Assembly: GCF_044704955.1 (NCBI RefSeq)
Contig: NC_091997.1
Coordinates: 67,580,001-67,644,000, forward strand
Source: Pristiophorus japonicus
Taxonomy: Eukaryota
DNA: 64,000 bases
Direction: 5' to 3'
The position numbers and the translations under genes were made by a program. Below are positions 1 through 12,819 of the stretch, piece by piece; positions within the stretch are counted from its first letter, which is position 1, and the number at the start of each line of letters is the position of its first letter. The notes beneath the pieces were generated by a model, which was not told the DNA's origin, made no database searches, and worked only from the letters and a program-made list of their open reading frames with translations.

Positions 1-372
1 TTTTCTTTCTTTAGGATTGTACCACATAGTTTATATTAACATGGCAATGAAAGACCAAAGCTGTACCCACCATTGAAAGCCGTGTTTGGCTCCAGGCTTC
101 CCCGCTGGTCGTGTTGTGGTGTTCCGGGCACGTTTGAATGCAACATTGCGCAGATCCCTTCCTCGAAGGGGTTAAGTCACCGGTAGCCTCGAGGTAGCCG
201 TGAATGGGGTTTGCAATCCTGTAAACATCACACGCAAAGCTCAAACCATCCCAGGAATTTTCTAAATTGAAAGGGGGGAGGATGTGAGGCAGCGAAAGAG
301 CTGTTTACAATTTTTGATGGCGCTGGGAAACGAGGCTGGCTGTTTTTTTGCTTGAAGTCTCGCTGAACACAG

Positions 373-1770
373 CCCTCGGGGGCAGTGCCCACCCACAGCC
401 CCAGCTCCTGTACCGGGGGCAGTGCCCGCCCACAGCCCCAGCTCCTGTACCGGGGTCTGTGCCCGCCCACAGCCCCAGCTCCTGTACCGGGGGCAGTGCC
501 CGCCCACAGCTCCTGTACCGAGGGCAGTGCCCACCCACAGCTCCTGTACCGAGGGATGTGCCCATTCACAGCTCCTGTACCGAGGGCACTGCCCGCCCAC
601 AGCTCCTGTACCGGGGGCACTGCCCGCCCACAGCTCCTGTACCGGGGGCAGTGCCCGCCCACAGCTCCTGTACCGGGGGCACTGCCCGCCCACAGCTCCT
701 GTACCGGGGGCACTGCCCGCCCACAGCTCCTGTACCGAGGGCACTGCCCGCCCACAGCTCCTGTACCGAGGGATGTGCCCATTCACAGCTCCTGTACCGA
801 GGGATGTGCCCACCCACAGCTCCTGTACCGGGGGCACTGCCCGCCCACAGCTCCTGTACCGGGGGCACTGCCCATTCACAGCTCCTGTACCGAGGGCACT
901 GCCCATTCACAGCTCCTGTACCGAGGGCACTGCCCACCCACAGCTCCTGTACCGAGGGATGTGCCCACCCACAGCTCCTGTACCGGGGGATGTGCCCATT
1001 CACAGCTCCTGTACCGAGGGATGTGCCCATTCACAGCTCCTGTACCGAGGGATGTGCCCATTCACAGCTCCTGTACCGAGGGCAGTGCCCGCCCACAGCT
1101 CCTGTACCGGGGGTAGTGCCCACCCACAGCTCCTGTACCGGGGGTAGTGCCCACCCACAGCTCCTGTACCGGGGGCAGTGCCCGCCCACAGCTCCTGTAC
1201 CGAGGGATGTGCCCACCCACAGCTCCTGTGCCGAGGAATGTGCCCATTCACAGCTCCTGTACCGAGGGCACTGCCCACCCACAGCTCCTGTACCGAGGAA
1301 TGTGCCCATTCACAGCTCCTGTACCGAGGGTACTGCCCACCCACAGCTCCTGTACCGAGGGCAGTGCCCGCCCACAGCTCCTGTACCGAGGGATGTGCCC
1401 ACCCACAGCTCCTGTACCGAGGAATGTGCCCACCCACAGTTCCTGTACCGAGGGTACTGCCCACCCACAGCTCCTGTACCGAGGGCGGTGCTCACCCACA
1501 GCTCCTGTACCGGGGGTAGTGCCCACCCACAGCTCCTGTACCGAGGAATGTGCCCACCCACAGTTCCTGTACCGAGGGTACTGCCCACCCACAGCTCCTG
1601 TACCGAGGGTACTGCCCACCCACAGCTCCTGTACCGAGGGCAGTGCCCACCCACAGCTCCTGTACCGAGGAATGTGCCCACCCACAGCTCCTGTACCGAG
1701 GGCGGTGCTCACCCACAGCTCCTGTACCGGGGGATGTGCCCACCCACAGCTCCTGCCTCCCACTGCACTG
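373..1770. repeat. 31-bp GC-rich minisatellite (about 44 units)
   Basis: Unit cacagctcctgtaccgagggcactgcccgcc with variable positions; the first three units are 37 bp. Confidence 0.95.
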
Positions 1771-1940
1771 CCCACCCACCCCCGCCCCTTACTATCATTA
1801 AATTGCAGGAATAGGTCAAGGCATTACGAGTTCAAATTGGTCAAAGAAGCATTTAGGACTGAATTTGGAATTCACACTGGAGTTCGACTCTTGGAATAGA
1901 TTCCCAGTTGGAGTGTTGGAAATGAAAATCCTGGAATCAT

Positions 1941-2985
1941 CTAACAACAACTACTTGTATTTATATAGCGCCTTTAACGTGGTGAAACGGCCCAAGGCGC
2001 TTCACAGTATGATATTAAAAAATTTGACACCGAGCCGCACAAGTAGAAATTACAGCAGATGACCAAAATCTTGGTCAAAGAGGGAGGTTTCAAGGAGCAT
2101 CTTGAAGGAGGAGAGAGAGGTGGAGAGGCGGAGAGGTTTAGGGAGGGAGTTCCAGAGCTTGGGGCTCAGGCAACAGAAGGCACGGCCATCGATGGTGGAG
2201 CGATTATAATCAGGGATGCTCAGGGGCAGAATTAGAGGAGAGCAGACATCTCGGGGGTTTGTGGGGCTGGAGGAGATTACAGAGATAGGGAGGGGCAAGG
2301 GCCATGGAGGGGTTTGTAAACAAGGATGAGAATTTTGAATCGAGGCGTTGCTTAACCGGTAGCCAGTGTAGGTCAGTGAGCACAGGGAGTGATGGGTGAG
2401 CGGGAGTCGGTGCGAGTTAGGACACGGGGCAGTGAGCACAGGGGGTGATGGGTGAGCGGGACTCGGTGCGAGTTAGGACACGGGGCAGTGAGCACAGGGG
2501 GTGATGGGTGAGCGGGACTCGGTGCGAGTTAGGACACGGGGCAGTGAGCACAGTGGGTGATGGGTGAGCGGGACTTGGTGCGAGTTAGGACACGGGGGCA
2601 GCGAACACAGCGGGTGATGGGTGAGCGGGTCTTGGTGCGAGTTAGGACACGGGGGCAGCTGAGTTTAGAATCACTTCTAGTTTATGTCTGGTAGAACGTG
2701 GGAGGCCAGCCAGGAGTGTGTTGGAATACTCAAGCCTAGGGGTAACCAAGGCATAGATGAGGGCTTCAGCAGCGGATGAGCTGAGGCAAGAGCAGAGACG
2801 GGCAATGTTACGGAGGTAGAAATAGGCGGTTTTGGTTATGCCGCGGGTATGTGGTCGGAAGCTCATTTCCGGGTCAAATATTGACACCGAGGTTGCGAAC
2901 ACTGGTTCAACCTCGGACAGGAGTTGGGGAGCGGGATGGAATCAGTGGCTGGGGAACGGAGTTTGTGACGGAGACCGAAAACTGG
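1941..2985 (-). mobile_element. L2-clade LINE 3' fragment with an internal 56-bp tandem array (2375-2660)
   Basis: Minus-strand peptides YFYLRNIARL...LEYSNTLLAGLP and GRAFCCLSPKLWNSLP; tail aaaggcgctatataaatacaag(ttg)n. Confidence 0.85.
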
Positions 2986-3344
2986 TCTGGTCAGTCCCTG
3001 AAGTCCTTGAGGGACTTAAAAGCGGCAATGCGATTTATTTTCGATGTTTACAGCTCGTTTCTTTGGCTTTGTTCAATGGGACTCCCTTTTTGTTTACTTT
3101 TATTTCTTGCGTGAAAATTTTCTCTGGAAAATTGCCGTAACGAATGTGGTGATGGCAGATTTCACCACGGTGCCCATTTTGGACGGAGCAGAGTCGGGAG
3201 GAGGGGCCAAACTGCTCACCACATGCTCACCGTTGTATCTTGTTGAGGCTTCACAGTACGAAACGATGAACAGGGTTCTCTGCAATTGCTTGCCGAGACT
3301 TTGAAAGAGACAGACTTTGGCACAAGTGCTTTTTAAAAAAAAAA

Positions 3345-3925
3345 CATCTTTCACGGCCACCGGACGTCCCAAAGCACTTTGCAGCCAATGAAGTACTTTT
3401 GGAGTGTAGTCACTGTTGTATTGTGGAAATGCCAATTTGCGCACAGCAAGCTCCCACACCCAGCAATGTGATAATGACCAGATAATGTGTTTTTTTTTGT
3501 TGTGATGATTGAGGGATAAATATTGGCCCCAGGACACCGGGGAGAACTCCTCGAAATAGTGCCATGGGATCTTTTACATCCATCTGAGAGAGCAGACAGG
3601 GCCTCGGTTTAACGTCTCATCCGAAAGACGGAACCTCCGACAGCGCGGCGCTCCCTCAGCACTGCCCCTCCGACAGTGCGGCGCTCCCTCAGCACTGCCC
3701 CTCCGACAGTGCGGCGCTCCCTCAGCACTGCCCCTCCGACAGTGCGGCGCTCCCTCAGCACCGCCCCTCCGACAGCGCGGCGCTCCCTCAGCACTGCCCC
3801 TCCGACAGCGCGGCGCTCCCTCAGCACTGCACTGGGAGTGTCAGCCTGGATCTTTGTGCCCCAGTCTCTGGAGCGGGATTGGAAGCCACAACCTTCTGAT
3901 TCGGAGAGAGTGCTACCCACTGTCC
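3345..3925 (-). mobile_element. tRNA-derived DeuSINE-like element, 6 x 33-bp units
   Basis: Degraded tRNA-like head, core gatgagacgttaaaccgagg...aaagatcccatggcact, L2-like tail. Confidence 0.85.
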
Positions 3926-4554
3926 CCAGATTCAAAACCCACAAGAACTCCTATTTGAGCAGTAAAGGGGGACTGTCTCTTTAAGACCAAGCCCCCAGTT
4001 GGACAAGTGCACAGAAAGTCCTGACTGTGGGAGGTCTGCGATTCAGTTGATGAGGGGAGACACACAAAAGGTGCATGTTAAACTGCTAACGCCGTGCTTC
4101 CCTTGTCCAAAGGAAACTGTTTTTCTCCCTGTGCTGTGTGAGCCGAGGGAGGGGGAGGGAAGGGATTGAGTAAAGCCCCACCACAGGACCTTGATGGGGC
4201 CACTCGCTGCCTGCCCTGAATGCTGGGCTTTGTGTCGGTGGCAAAACATTTTACAATCGTGCCATTGTTTGTTTGGGGAAAGCTGCGCATCCTATTTCAA
4301 TTATTTATGGAAGTGAATGTTTGATGTGGGCTGTCGTGCTTCCTCCTCGATGGCGAACAGGCCATGCCTTTGTTTGCAGGATGGCAGGGCCAGACCAGCT
4401 CCGACCAGTTTTACACTCCCATTGAGAAGGTTTTTGCTCCGAGATGTGACGTCACCAGAATGCAAGGGGATTTGAACGTTGCAGCGCTCTCTATTTAATC
4501 CCCTCTCTGCTCTTTGTGATTCCTCCCGCCCCGTCCACTTGAGATACCTTCAAG

Positions 4555-5270
4555 CAGCGCGGGCCACCTACCACCAGGGGCGCTACCCAGTGCCGAGCCT
4601 GCGGCCAACATCTCGCTGTAGGCAACTAGGCCCATACAGCCGTGCCTGGTCTCCAGTCGTCTTGGACCCCCTTGCCACTGGGCCAAGTCCTTGCTCAGCT
4701 GAGCTCGTATGCAACGGCCAACCCACGCTGCAAGAACTCACGCACAGGCATCTTCCACTTCGTTAACGTGAAGTTCGGGACCCTCATGGACAACCCCAAC
4801 AGCGACGGGCCGGAACGCCGCACCATCATAGTTGCTCGGGAACTTAGACACTTTGACATCGACATCACCGCCCTAAGCGAGACCCGGCGGGCAAGGGGAA
4901 GGCCAGCTCAAGGTACAAAGTGGAGGTTACACCACCTTCTGGAAAGGGAAACCAGAGGAAGAACGCCGCCTTCACGGAATCAGCTTCGCCATCAAAAACG
5001 AGCTGGTCTACCACCTCAAAGACTCCCCCCTGCGGGGTTAATGAACGCCTCATGACCCTTCGCCTTGCCCTGTCCCGGAACCAGTGCGCCACAGTCAACG
5101 GTGCATACACCCCAACACTCGATGCAACGGATGAGGCTAAAGAGGGTTTTTATACCAACTCCGAGACATCCCGCGTCCCCACGGGTGACAAATTGATCCT
5201 CCAGGGTCGGCAAAGAGACAGCCCTCTGAGGAGGCGTGATTGGCAGAGAGAGGGTAGGGAAATCCAACTC
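4555..5270 (+). mobile_element. RTE-clade LINE 5' part (UTR plus degraded AP endonuclease)
   Basis: Peptides TLMDNPNSDGPERRTIIVARELRHFDIDITALSETR and GVNERLMTLRLALSRNQCATV..AYTPTLDATDEAKEGFY, with frameshifts. Confidence 0.85.
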
Positions 5271-5814
5271 CCACCGGAGATATCTTTCAAGTGTCTGTAT
5301 CGCCCCCCCAGCCCGCTGCGTATCTGTTACCCAGCCACCCCCCTCCTGTCCTCCTCCTCTCCAAGGGGAGATTAAGAGTGGCAGCGGTCTGTTGGATCAG
5401 GGAGGCCACCACAACCAAGCCCAGTTCCTCTCTGTTTGCCAGCGTTCCACTTTGACTTTCCAGGAGGGACCTGGGCTGATTTCCTTTCCTCCTCCTGGCC
5501 GAGGGACTGAGGCACCAATCGCCACCCATGCTCCAGACTAAATCTTCAGCTCGATTACATCACTTTTCCTTTGCCGGAGTGTCTGCTGTACTGGCTGGGT
5601 GCGATACATGCATCCACAGTCCTGCATAGAGGTCCAGGTCTGAAGATTCGTCTCACAGAGATCTTGCTCGAGGAACCTCTTTTGGGGAGGGCGGGCAGAG
5701 GGGGGAATGGAATATACCAAAGCCAGCCTTGGATTGCATGCAAAGTATGTGATAGCTTAGCTCCGTACTATTGTCTATGGACTGTGGTTTCCAGCCCCAC
5801 TCCTGGACTTGAGC

Positions 5815-6528
5815 ACCGAGTCCCGTTCACCCATCACCCCCCGTGCCCCGTGTCCTAACTCGCACCAAGTCCCGTTCACCCATCACCCCCCGTGCCCCGT
5901 GTCCTAACTCGCACCAAGTCCCGCTCACCCATCACCCCCCGTGCCCCGTGTCCTAACTCGCACCAAGTCCCGCTCACCCATCACCCCCCGTGCCCCGTGT
6001 CCTAACTTGAACCAAGTCCCGCTCAGCCATCACCCCCCGTGCCCCGTGTCCTAACTCGCACCAAGTCCCGCTCACCCATCACCCACTGTGCTCGCTGACC
6101 CACATTGGCTCCCGGTCAAGCAATGCCTCGATTTCAAAATTCTCATCCTTGTTTTCAAATCCCTCCATGGCCCTCGCCCCTCCCTATCTCTGTAATCTCC
6201 TCCAGCCCCACAACCCCCTGAGGTGTCTGCGCTCCTCTAATTCTGCCCTCCTGAGCATCCCTGATTATAATCGCTCCACCATCGGTGGCCGTGCCTTCTG
6301 TTGCCTGGGCCCCAAGCTCTGGAACTCCCTCCCTAAACCTCTCCGCCTCTCTACCTCTCTTTCCTCCTTCAAGACGCTCCTTCAAACCTACCTCTTCGAC
6401 CAAGCATTTGGTCACCTGCCCTAATTTCTACTTATGTGGCTCAGTGTCTCGTTATCACACAACACTCCTGTGAACACTCCTTGGGACGTTTCCCTACGTT
6501 AAAGGCGCTATACAAGTTGTTGTTGTTA
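5815..6528 (+). mobile_element. L2-clade LINE 3' fragment with a 49-bp tandem array (5815-6090)
   Basis: APPYLCNLLQ...GGRAFCCLGPKLWNSLP...FKTLLQTYLF; tail ends in (ttg)n. Confidence 0.85.
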
Positions 6529-6949
6529 TTTTCCAGTGCAGGACTGAGGGGGTGCTGCATTGTCACCAGGGGATGTGTAGCCAAGCCCAAGCCCCTCATT
6601 TACCTTGCAGTTGTGGTCACTGGATAATAAAAACCGCAGCATCATCGAACCATTTGATTTGCCAAACCTGCTGGTGGCCAACCCCTTGGGCCTTGGCCCT
6701 TCACCTGGAAGTTGGCTGTATAAACACACAGCCCGTTGCTGCATTGTTGGAACGTGCAAAGTATGGCACAGATATTGCAAGTTTAAGCAAGTTTCTGGTC
6801 GAAACAAAAATGTTGCCAGCCTTGGTAGTGGACTTTACCTATTCCTCTGGCCGTGTCTGACCTTAAATACACAGCTGTAATCTCGCATTAAGCAGCGCAA
6901 CAGTAGTATGTAAAATAGCCACAGGTGCCCTTTCTCCTCTCGCTCTGTG

Positions 6950-8132
6950 AAGAAAGACTTGCATTTATATAACGCCTTTCACAACCACCGGGCGTCCCCA
7001 AAGCGCTTTACAGTCAAAGTAGTACTTCTTGAAGTGTTGTCATTGTTGGAATCACACAACGGTCACAGCACAGCAGGCCATTCGGCCCATCGAGCCCGTG
7101 CCGGCTCTCTGCAAGAGCACCTCAGCCAGTCCCACTCTCCCGCCCCTTCCCCGTAGCCCGGCAAATTACTTTCCTTCAGGAACTTATCCAACTCCCTTTT
7201 GAAAGCCACGATTGATATTCCTCCACCACCCTCTCGGGCAGATCCTAACCCCTCGCTGCGTAAAAACGTTTTGTCTTGCGTCGCCTTTGGTTCTTCTGCC
7301 CATTGCCTTAAATCTGTGCCCCCTGGTTCTCCCCCCGTCCGCCAATATCCAGACCACCTCATGATTTTGAAATGTAGTGCAGGAAACTCAGCAGCCAACC
7401 TGCGCACAGCAAGCTCCCATAAACAGCACTGTGATAATGGCCAGATAATCTGTTTTAGTGATGTCGATTTGAGGAATAAATATTGGCCCCAGGTCACCGG
7501 GGAGAACTCCCCTGCTCTTCTTCGCAATAGTGCTGTGGGATCTTTTGCATCCACCTGACAGAGCAGATGGGGCCTCGGTTTAACGTCTCATCTGAAAGAC
7601 GGCACCTCCGACAGTGCGGCGCTCCCTCAGTACTGCCCCTCCGACAGTGCGGCTCTCCCTCGGCGCTGCCCCTCCGACAGTGCGGCGCTCCCTCGGCGCT
7701 GCCCCTCCGACAGTGCGGCGCTCCCTCGGCGCTGCCCCTCCGACAGTGCGGCGCTCCCTCGGCACTGCCCCTCCGACAGTGCGGCGCTCCCTCGGCGCTG
7801 CCCCTCCGACAGTGCGGCGCTCCCTCGGCGCTGCCCCTCCGACAGTGCGGCGCTCCCTCGGCGCTGCCCCTCCGACAGTGCGGCGCTCCCTCGGCGCTGC
7901 CCCTCCGACAGTGCGGCGCTCCCTCGGCACTGCCCCTCCGACAGTGCGGCGCTCCCTCGGCACTGCCCCTCCGACAGTGCGGCGCTCCCTCGGCACTGCC
8001 CCTCCGACAGTGCGGCGCTCCCTCGGCACTGCACTGGGAGTGTCAGCCTAGATTTTTGTGCTCAAGTCTCTGGAGTGGGACTTGAGCCCACGACCTTCTG
8101 ACTCAGCGAGGAGAGTGCTGCCCACTGAGCCA
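6950..8132 (-). mobile_element. DeuSINE-like element with 13 x 33-bp units, interrupted by a CR1 3' fragment (about 7049-7370)
   Basis: SINE tail 6950-7048, body resumes about 7371; array 7605-8035; head near 8130. Confidence 0.85.
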
Positions 8133-9039
8133 ATGAAAAGGTCGGGGTTAGGTGGGTGGAATGGCTTGATGTTTGCGGTATATACTTTCTCTCATAGCAA
8201 AAGATGAATCAATCTCTCTCTCTGTGTCCCACAGACACCAATGAGATGAATGAGCCGTTAAATCTCTCCTGTTTACTGGTGTTGGTTGCGAGCCGAATGT
8301 TGGCCAGGACACTGGGAGAGCTTCCTGCTCCTCTTCAAACAGTGTCTTGGCTTGGACCATCTCACCTGAACTGCTAGAAGAGACAGACAGGGGCCTGGGC
8401 CCAAAGTCTGAGCCAAGGGACAGCGTGTTCATACTGCGCTGAAGTGTTTAGGTTAGGCTCCTGTGTGTTGGAGTGAGGCCCTCGACCTTCGACCCACGCC
8501 CTCTCACCTCCGAGGTGAATGTACCACTGACTGAGCTGACCCCACATTGTCCCACCCAGCCTCGCAGGCTGTGCTTCAGATAAACCTTCTCCTCCATCGC
8601 CATCTTAAAGTCTGCCGATAGTTTGTTAGTTTGAAAAAAAAACCGCTGCTCCCACCTCCGATTTCAGAGCGGTGATTTAGTGTTTTTGTGTGTGTGTGGG
8701 GGGGGGGATAATGTTAACGTTTGCAGAGACATGTTTAAGACGCTGGATAATTTGTTGGACCACCTCTTGAAAGCTGTTGGGATCCTGGGCTGCATGAATA
8801 GAGGCACAGAGTACAAAAACAAGGAAGTTGAGATGAACCTCTGATCAGAACCATCGGAACGCAGAGCGCGAAGACTCTCACAGCCCTGCCCGTTGCCTCT
8901 GGAGAGCTACGATTGCTTTGCCGCAAAGTTTTGAAATACAACATTGTATTAGCAGTGTATCAAACGTGCCAGTTTAAGTCAATAATTCGCCCGAGCTCTC
9001 GTTTCATTGCCAGAACCAAAAGTTTAAACTTTTTTGTGC

Positions 9040-9690
9040 ACCGTTCGGCCGGTTGAGTCCATGCCGGCTCTCTGCAGGCACACCTCAGCCAGTCCCACTC
9101 CCCGGCCCTCTCCCCGTAGCCCTGCACACTTTTTTTTTTCCCTTCAGGCACTTATCCAGCTCCCTTTTGAAAGCCACGATTGAGTCTGCCTCCACCGCCC
9201 TCTCGGGCAGCGCATTCCAGATCCTAACCACTCGCTGCGGTTTAAAAAAAAAAGAAGTTTTTCCTCGTGTCAACTTTGGCCAATCGCCTTAAATCTGTGT
9301 CCTCTGGTTCTCGACCCTTCCACCAATGGGAACAGTTTCTCTCTCTCTCTACTCTGTCCAGACCCCTCATGGTTTTGAACACCTCGATCAAATCTCCTCT
9401 CAACCTTCTCTGCTCCAAGGAGAACAACCCCAGCGTCTCCAGTCTCTCCCCGTCACTGAAGTCCCTCATCCCTGGAACCATTCTCGTAAATCTTTTCTGC
9501 GCCCTCTCGAAGGCCTTCACATCCTTCCTAAAGTGCATTGCCCAGAATTGGACACAATACTCCAGTTGAGACCGAACCGGTGTTTTATACAGATTCATCA
9601 CAACTTCCTTGTTTTTGTACTCTCTACCTCTATTCATGCAGCCCAGGATCCCGACAGCTTTTTTAGCTGCTTTTGCAACCTGCCCTGTTA
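9040..9690 (-). mobile_element. CR1-clade LINE 3' fragment (ORF2 C-terminus)
   Basis: LYKTPVRSQLEYCVQFW...LGLFSLEQRRLRGDLIEVFK...QRVVRIWNALP. Confidence 0.9.
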
Positions 9691-9704
9691 CCACAGTTTC
9701 AGTC

Positions 9705-10165
9705 GTAGTGCTCAAGCTCCGATGGCCGGGCCACATTGTCCGCATGCCCAATGCTAGACTCCCGAAGCTCAGCGCTCTCCTCCAAGCTCCGACATGCCAA
9801 GCGAGTCCCAGGCGGGCAGAGAAAACGGTTCCAGGACATCCTCAAAGCCTCCTTGGGGGGAAACAAAATGCAACATCCCCACTGACATCGCTGGCCCAAG
9901 GCCGCTCAAAATGGAAGGGGAAGCATCCGGGAAGGCGCTGAACACCTCGAGTCCCTTCGCCGGGAGCACGCGGAGGCCAAGCGCAAACAGCGGAAGGAGC
10001 GCACGGCAACCCAAGCCCCCCCACCCACCCGTCCCTCCAACCACCGTGTGCCCCAGAGACAGAGACTGCCTGTGACAGAGACTGTCGGTCCCACATTGGT
10101 CTCAGTCACCTGAGAACTGGTGTTAGTGTGGGAGCAAGTCATCCTCGACTCCGAGGGACTGCCTC
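9705..10165 (+). mobile_element. RTE-clade LINE 3' fragment
   Basis: LRWPGHIVRMPNARLPK; homologous to 59275-59772; ends gagggactgcct. Confidence 0.8.
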
Positions 10166-10919
10166 AGGAGAAGTCGTCGTGGAGTGCAGTTGGAAACTTC
10201 CTTATCTGTCTTTCATGCTGGCCACTCTGGAAATGAGTCTAGTGGCTCACAATCTAGCCGGAGCGGTGGTATCTGGCCTGAATCGCCCGAGGCAAGCTCC
10301 GTGGGGCAGAGCTGAGCGAACTGGAAGCTGACTATGACAACATTTACAATATTTATCGCTCCACCAACATCGCAAACAAAAACAGATTATCTGGTTGTTA
10401 TCACATTGCTTTTTGTGGGATCTTGCTGTGCGCAAATTGGCTGCCGTGTTTCCCACATTGCATCAGTGACTGCACCTCAAAAAGTACTTCACTGGCTGTA
10501 CAGCACTTTTGAGACATCTGGTGGTTGTGAAAGGCGCTATATAAATGCAAGTCTTTCTTTCTGTGCTGTGTGTGTTTCTAAGTTGGCATTGTAAGCTGTG
10601 GGTGAAGGTGCTCCCACAGTGCTGCTAGGGGAGGGATTGTGACCCAGCGACGATGAAGGAACAGCCGATATATTTCCAAGTCAGGACGGTGTGTGACTCG
10701 GAGGGAACGTGGAGGTGGTTCTCATGCACCTGCTGCCCTTGTCCTTCGAGGCAGTGGGGGTCGCGGGTTTGGGAGGTGCGGGTGGCTCTGGTGGTATTGG
10801 TTAAGCACGTAATGTTGACCTGGTCACTGAAAGCCCTCCCACTCTGAGCAACTCCATGGGGGCTCTAACGCTGATCTCATTCACCAGACCAGACATGGTC
10901 TTGGCCTAATGTATCACAG

Positions 10920-11665
10920 TGTCAGCCGGGGCTCAGTGGGCAGCACTCATGTCTCTGAGTCAGAAGGTTGTGGGTTCAAGTCCCACATCAGAGACTTGAG
11001 CAAAAAATCCAGGCTGACACTCCCAGGCAGTGCTGAGGGAGCACCGCACTGTCGGAGGGGCGGTGCTGAGGGAGCACCGCACTGTCGGAGGGGCGGTGCT
11101 GAGGGAGCGCCGCACTGTCGGAGGGGCGGTACTGAGGGAGTGCCGCACTGTCGGAGGGGCGGTGCTGAGGGAGCGCCGCACTGTCGGAGGGGCAGTGCTG
11201 AGGGAGCGCCGCACTGTTGGAGGGGCAGTACTGAGGGAGCGCTGCACTGTCGGAGGGGCGGTACTGAGGGAGTGCCGCACTGTCGGAGGGGCGGTGCTGA
11301 GGGAGCGCCGCACTGTCGGAGGAGCAGTGCTGAGGGAGTGCCGCACTGTCGGATGAGACGTTAATCCGAGGCCCCGTCTGCTCTCTCGGATGAATGTAAA
11401 AGATCCCACGGCCACGATTGGAAGAAGAGCAGGGGAGTTCTCCCCGGTGTCCTGGGGCCAATATTTATCCTTCAATCAACATCACTAAAACAGATTATCT
11501 GGTCATTATCACATTGCTGTGTGTGGGAGCTTGCTGTGCACAAATTGTCTGCTGCGTTTCCCACAATACAACAGTGACTACACTCCAAAAGTACTTCATT
11601 GGCTGTAAAGCGCTTTGGGACGTCCGGTGGTTGTGAAAGGCGCTATATAAATGCAAGTCTTTCTT
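10920..11665 (+). mobile_element. DeuSINE-like element, 10 x 33-bp units
   Basis: Box A ggctcagtgg, box B ggttcaagtcc, array 11027-11352, tail gaaaggcgctatataaatgcaagtctttcttt. Confidence 0.9.
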
Positions 11666-11829
11666 TTACACACTGGACAGCGTTTGGATGTTGGGCGAAG
11701 GCTTGTCTGCTCCCCCCCCCCCCCCCCCCCGGCCCCGGTCAAATAGCCAGCAGGCACTGGCTGAATGGGCTCGCAGTTGGCAAAGTGTTGCTTGGGTGAG
11801 ATCGGGGGGGCGGGAGGCGATTTCTTAAT

Positions 11830-12355
11830 GTTGTTCCCGGGATGTGGGCGTCGCTGGCAAGGCCGGCATTTATTGCCCATCCCTAATTGCCCCTTGAGAA
11901 GGTGGTGGTGAGCCGCCTTCTTGAACCGCTGCAGTCCGTGTGGTGAAGGTGCTCCCACAGTGCTGTTAGGGAGGGAGTTCCAGGATTGTGACCCAGCGAC
12001 GATGAAGGAACGGCCGATATATTCCCAAGTCGGGATGGTGTGTGACTGGGAGGGGAACGTGGAGGTGGTGGTGTTCCCTCGCGCCTGCTGCCCTTGTCCT
12101 TCTAGGTGGTAGAGGTCGCGGGTTTGGGAGGTGCTGCCGAAGAAGCCTTGGCGAGTTGCTGCAGTGCATCTTGTAGATGGTGCACACTGCAGCCACGGTG
12201 CGCCGGTGGTGGAGGGAGTGAGTGTTAAAGGTGGTGGGTAGCGTGTCGATCAAGCGGGCTGCTTTGTCCTGGATGGTGTCGAGCTTCTCGAGTGTTGTTG
12301 GAGCTGCACTCATCCAGGCAAGTGGAGAGTATTCCATCACACTCCTGACTTGTGC
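11830..12355 (-). mobile_element. CR1-superfamily (Zenon/Crack-like) LINE 3' fragment
   Basis: AQVRSVMEYSPLAWMSAAPTTLEKLDTIQDKAARLI...HSLHHRRTVAAVCTIYKMH; a shorter related piece lies at 10595-10780. The clade name is tentative. Confidence 0.75.
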
Positions 12356-12819
12356 CAGTGAGGGGCGAGGGAGTCGATGATATCGGGAGCGGAGGGGGGA
12401 AATTTCGGGAGAACAGGAGACCGCCTCCATTCTCCTGACGGATGCTACGAGGGGAGCTGTTTACACACTGCACGGCCTCTCTCCGTCAATCCTTCCCTGT
12501 CCTTTCGCTCTTGGATACAAATTGCAGAGTGTTATTTTTAGCACGGTGCTTCTGAAGATTGTTTCTCGAGAGGCTGCCAGGAATAGTACCCACATGACTC
12601 CGTCGAGCGAAAGCTTGACTCCTGGAATTTATTTCCTTGCCTCACAGTGAAAGGTGGCCTGAACGATTGAAGATTTTGCTGGGTTCCTGGGAGGGGAGAC
12701 AAGTGGGGTTCAGTCACACAGCTAGCCCCCCCCCCCCCAGCAATTGCTAAAAGTGATTTGGTTGAAGAAAATTAGTGTATTATTTCTGTGCATCTTGTCT
12801 GGACGTGCTGAGTCTTGCT

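Noticed and set aside
1-244. Possible exon after the acceptor-like ttttctttctttag at 1-14, and the 77-aa minus-strand ORF
   Set aside because: All three + frames stop within 75 nt, and neither reading resembles receptor exon 2 or any protein I recognise.
348-1899. Long ORFs (up to 488 aa) in several frames
   Set aside because: They are translations of a stop-poor 31-bp minisatellite, with no domain or splice evidence.
4650-4700. Possible HDV-like ribozyme in the RTE 5' UTR (TCCAGT/ACTGGG and CTTGG/CCAAG pairings)
   Set aside because: RTE elements can carry such ribozymes, but I could not place P3, P4 or the catalytic J4/2 strand; a covariance-model search on the family consensus would be needed.
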